From Rhina ancylostomus (lineage: Eukaryota): DNA of 64,000 nt. The translations under genes were made by a program, and so were the position numbers. Of this stretch, positions 61,485-64,000 are shown piece by piece. The stretch spans positions 19,859,636-19,923,635 of the forward strand of contig JARFYF010000056.1 of assembly GCA_030265395.1 (NCBI GenBank). Reading direction: 5' to 3'. The notes under the pieces are model-generated. The model ran no database searches. It had not been told where the DNA came from and was given only the letters and a program-made list of their open reading frames with translations. The number at the start of each line of letters is the position of its first letter. The first letter of the stretch is position 1.

Positions 61485-61676
61485 GATTGAGGAAGTGGTT
61501 GAGGCAGGTACAATAACAACATTTAAAAGACATTTGGATAAGTACATGGATAGGAAATGTTTAGAGGGATAAGGGACAAACATGGACAAGTGGGACTGGC
61601 TTGGTGGGCACGATGGTCGGCATGGATAAGTTGGGCCGAAGGGCCTGTTTCCGTCCTGCATTATTCTATGACTCCT
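61485..61676 (+). mobile_element. CR1-type LINE 3' tail (relatively young)
   Basis: gtggttgaggcaggtacaataacaacatttaaaagacatttggataagtacatggatagg...gggccgaagggcctgtttcc...ttctatgactc. Confidence 0.8.
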
Positions 61677-62099
61677 CAGTAAGAGAAAGTGACGCCGGGG
61701 AAGAGATGTGGGCCCAGGGAATGAGATGGCATGGGGCAGTTTCAACCCCTGCCCCATCTCAACGAAGCGGGCTTTATAAACTCGGTGCCTTGTTTACAAA
61801 CGTGCCCGTGACCTCAGCTCTCCCAGCTTGTGAAACCTGCCAGATCTCTGATCGTCACTGAACCGTGTCTCTCCACCTTTGGCATGGGTGCCCTCAGCTG
61901 CTCGACCCATGAGCTCTGGAATCCCCTTCCTTAAACCCCTCTTATCCTTTAAAACCCCTCTTATCCACTTTTAAAACCGACCCCTTTTGCAAAGCTTATG
62001 GTCACCTGTCTTAACATCTTATTTGGCTGCATGACAATTTTCACTGGATAAAGCTCTGCTGTGTAAAATGGGGTTGCATAAACGCAACTTATTAGTTGC

Positions 62100-62770
62100 T
62101 GAGTCGCCCGGGGTAACGCTATTGATGCTGGATTTTGGGGGAAGAGGGGGTCGGCGATTCCCCAGCACCCCTCCCCGTCCCTTCCATCCCCTCCCCCGCG
62201 TTAAAAGCCCCGGGCTCCCGGGTACCTGCAGAGCCCTGGAGAACGGGCAGAAGACGACCAGATGGACCAACCTCCGGGCGCGTCTCATCCTCGGACCGGC
62301 CTCGCTGTCCGCACAACCCGGCACGGAACGACCACCCCCCCCCCCCGGACCTAGGAGCCGGGCGAAGCCACCGACCCCCCTCGCTGCAGCCCCGGACCTA
62401 GGCTGGCATCACCGCCTACCCTCGGGCAGCTATATGGCAGCGGCGNNNNNNNNNNNNNNNNNNNNNNNNNNNNNNNNNNNNNNNNNNNNNNNNNNNNNNN
62501 NNNNNNNNNNNNNNNNNNNNNNNNNNNNNNNNNNNNNNNNNNNNNNNNNNNNNNNNNNNNNNNNNNNNNNNNNNNNNNNNNNNNNNNNNNNNNNNNNNNN
62601 GGGGAGGAGGCGCGAATCCCGCCAGGGACCCGACCCACGGGGGACGGGAGCGGGAGGGTCCCGGCCACTGGGGATGCCGCCGACGGGAGTCTGGTCGGAT
62701 GGAGCAGCACCCGAGGGAATCGACCCGAGGGAATAGCAAGCACATCAGGAGCGAACTCGCCATGGAAAAT
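62100..62770 (-). promoter_or_regulatory. CpG island / promoter of DIPK1B (partly in a gap)
   Basis: GC- and CpG-rich sequence around the first coding exon; N-gap at 62446-62600. Confidence 0.8.
62226..62288 (-). CDS. DIPK1B: Divergent protein kinase domain 1B (FAM69B), coding exon 1 (MRRARRLVHLVVFCPFSRALQ)
   Basis: ATG at 62288 in a CpG island, donor CAG|GTACC. Nearly identical to the recalled human N-terminus [21 protein letters not shown]. Confidence 0.93.
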
Positions 62771-62799
62771 AGCACCAAAGGAATCTCCAAAGAATTCTA

Positions 62800-64000
62800 C
62801 CAGCAGGGATTCTCCTCAACAGGGAATCCTCTTTTTTTTATAATTCTCCCCAACAGGAATTCCGTCAGTATCAATATTATTAATCGGAATCCCATCATCA
62901 GCAGTTCCATTAGCAGAAATCCAATCATTAGGAATCTCCCCAACAGTAATCCCATTAATATGAATTCCATCAACAGGAATCTGATCAACAGGATTCCCAT
63001 CAGCAGGAATATCTCCAATAGGAATCCCATGAATACTGTTTTCATCAATCAGAATCCCATCAACCTGAGTTTCCTCAACAGAAATTCTAGCAACAGGAAT
63101 CCCACCAACAAGAATTGCCACAACAGGAATCTTATCAATAGGATTCTCATCAACAGGAATCATCTCCGTAACAGGAATCCCATCAACAGGATCCCTGTCA
63201 ACAGGAATTCCATCAACGCTGATCTCCCACTAGGAATACCACCAGCGGGAATCCCATGAATAGGAATCCCATTGGAATACATGTCTCCAGTAGGAATCTT
63301 AGAAACAGAAATCTGTCCAACAGGAATCCAATCAACATGAATCCCATTAGCACAATGCTCCCTAACAGGAATCTCACCAACAGGAATTACTCCAAGAGGA
63401 ATCCCATTGACAGAAATCTCAACAAAAGGAATCTTCCCAAGAGGAATCCTATCATCAGGAACCTCCATTCAGGAATACCATCAATAGGACTTTCATAAAC
63501 ATAAAAATCCCATCAACATCAATCCCATTCAGAAGAATGATGCCAACAGGAATCTCATCAACAGAAGTCTCTCCATCAAGAATTCCATAAACAGGAATCT
63601 CCCCAATAGGAATAAAATCAACAGGAATGGCACAATCAGGAACCACATCAACAAAAATATCCCCAAAAGGAAACCCACAAACAAGAATCACATCAACAGG
63701 AAACTCCACAACAGGTTTTTCATCAAAAGAAATCTCATCAATAGGCATCTCCCCACCAGGAATCCTATCAACAGGAATCTCCCCAACAGGAATACCAGCA
63801 GCAGGAATCTCATCAACAAGATCTCCCCTCTTGTTGGGGAGCAGGACTCTAATCAACATTGATCCTAATAACAGGAATCCTATTGGCAGGAATTCCATCT
63901 GTAGAAATCTCCCTAACAGGAATACCATCAACAGCAATCTTCTGAATTGCAATCCCAACAACAAGGGTCCCATTATCAAGAATCCCATTAAAAGTAATCT
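62800..64000 (+). repeat. 15-bp minisatellite AACAGGAATCCCATC, running to the window end
   Basis: Dozens of diverged units. Translates as NRNPI repeats on + and as DGIPV or MGFLL repeats on -. Confidence 0.92.

Noticed and set aside
61060-61533. 157-aa hydrophobic minus ORF in DIPK1B intron 1
   Set aside because: Antisense to degenerate CR1 sequence; non-ATG-supported and with no family motif.

Overview
Vertebrate genomic DNA from a gapped draft assembly. The repeat content (CR1, L2, RTE, Rex/Babar-type tails, Penelope-like remnants, tRNA-SINEs, Deu-domain-like SINEs) suggests a cartilaginous fish, probably a ray or shark; this is inference. Three spliced genes can be reconstructed by hand with canonical GT-AG sites and consistent phases. 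(1) MRPS2 on +: join(40570..40594,41255..41374,44273..44399,45883..46414), 267 aa. (2) DIPK1B/FAM69B on -: exons 62288-62226, 58352-58218, 57347-57240, 54557-54381, 53546-52734, 431 aa. (3) An unnamed two-exon gene on -: 39771-39609 + 36488-35620, about 343 aa. It encodes a type II membrane protein whose luminal part resembles the Torsin cofactors LAP1/LULL1 (TOR1AIP1/2) but appears to lack the activating arginine finger. It shares a bidirectional CpG-island promoter (NRF1 and CRE motifs) with MRPS2, at the position where PIERCE1/C9orf116 sits in human. Positions 1-33 kb contain no recognisable coding exons, only TE relics, minisatellites and a strong CTCF motif. The main candidates for novelty are the divergent LAP1/LULL1-like gene and the inverted repeat pair flanking its terminal exon. 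Repeat boundaries are approximate, and all family assignments come from recalled motifs, not database searches.
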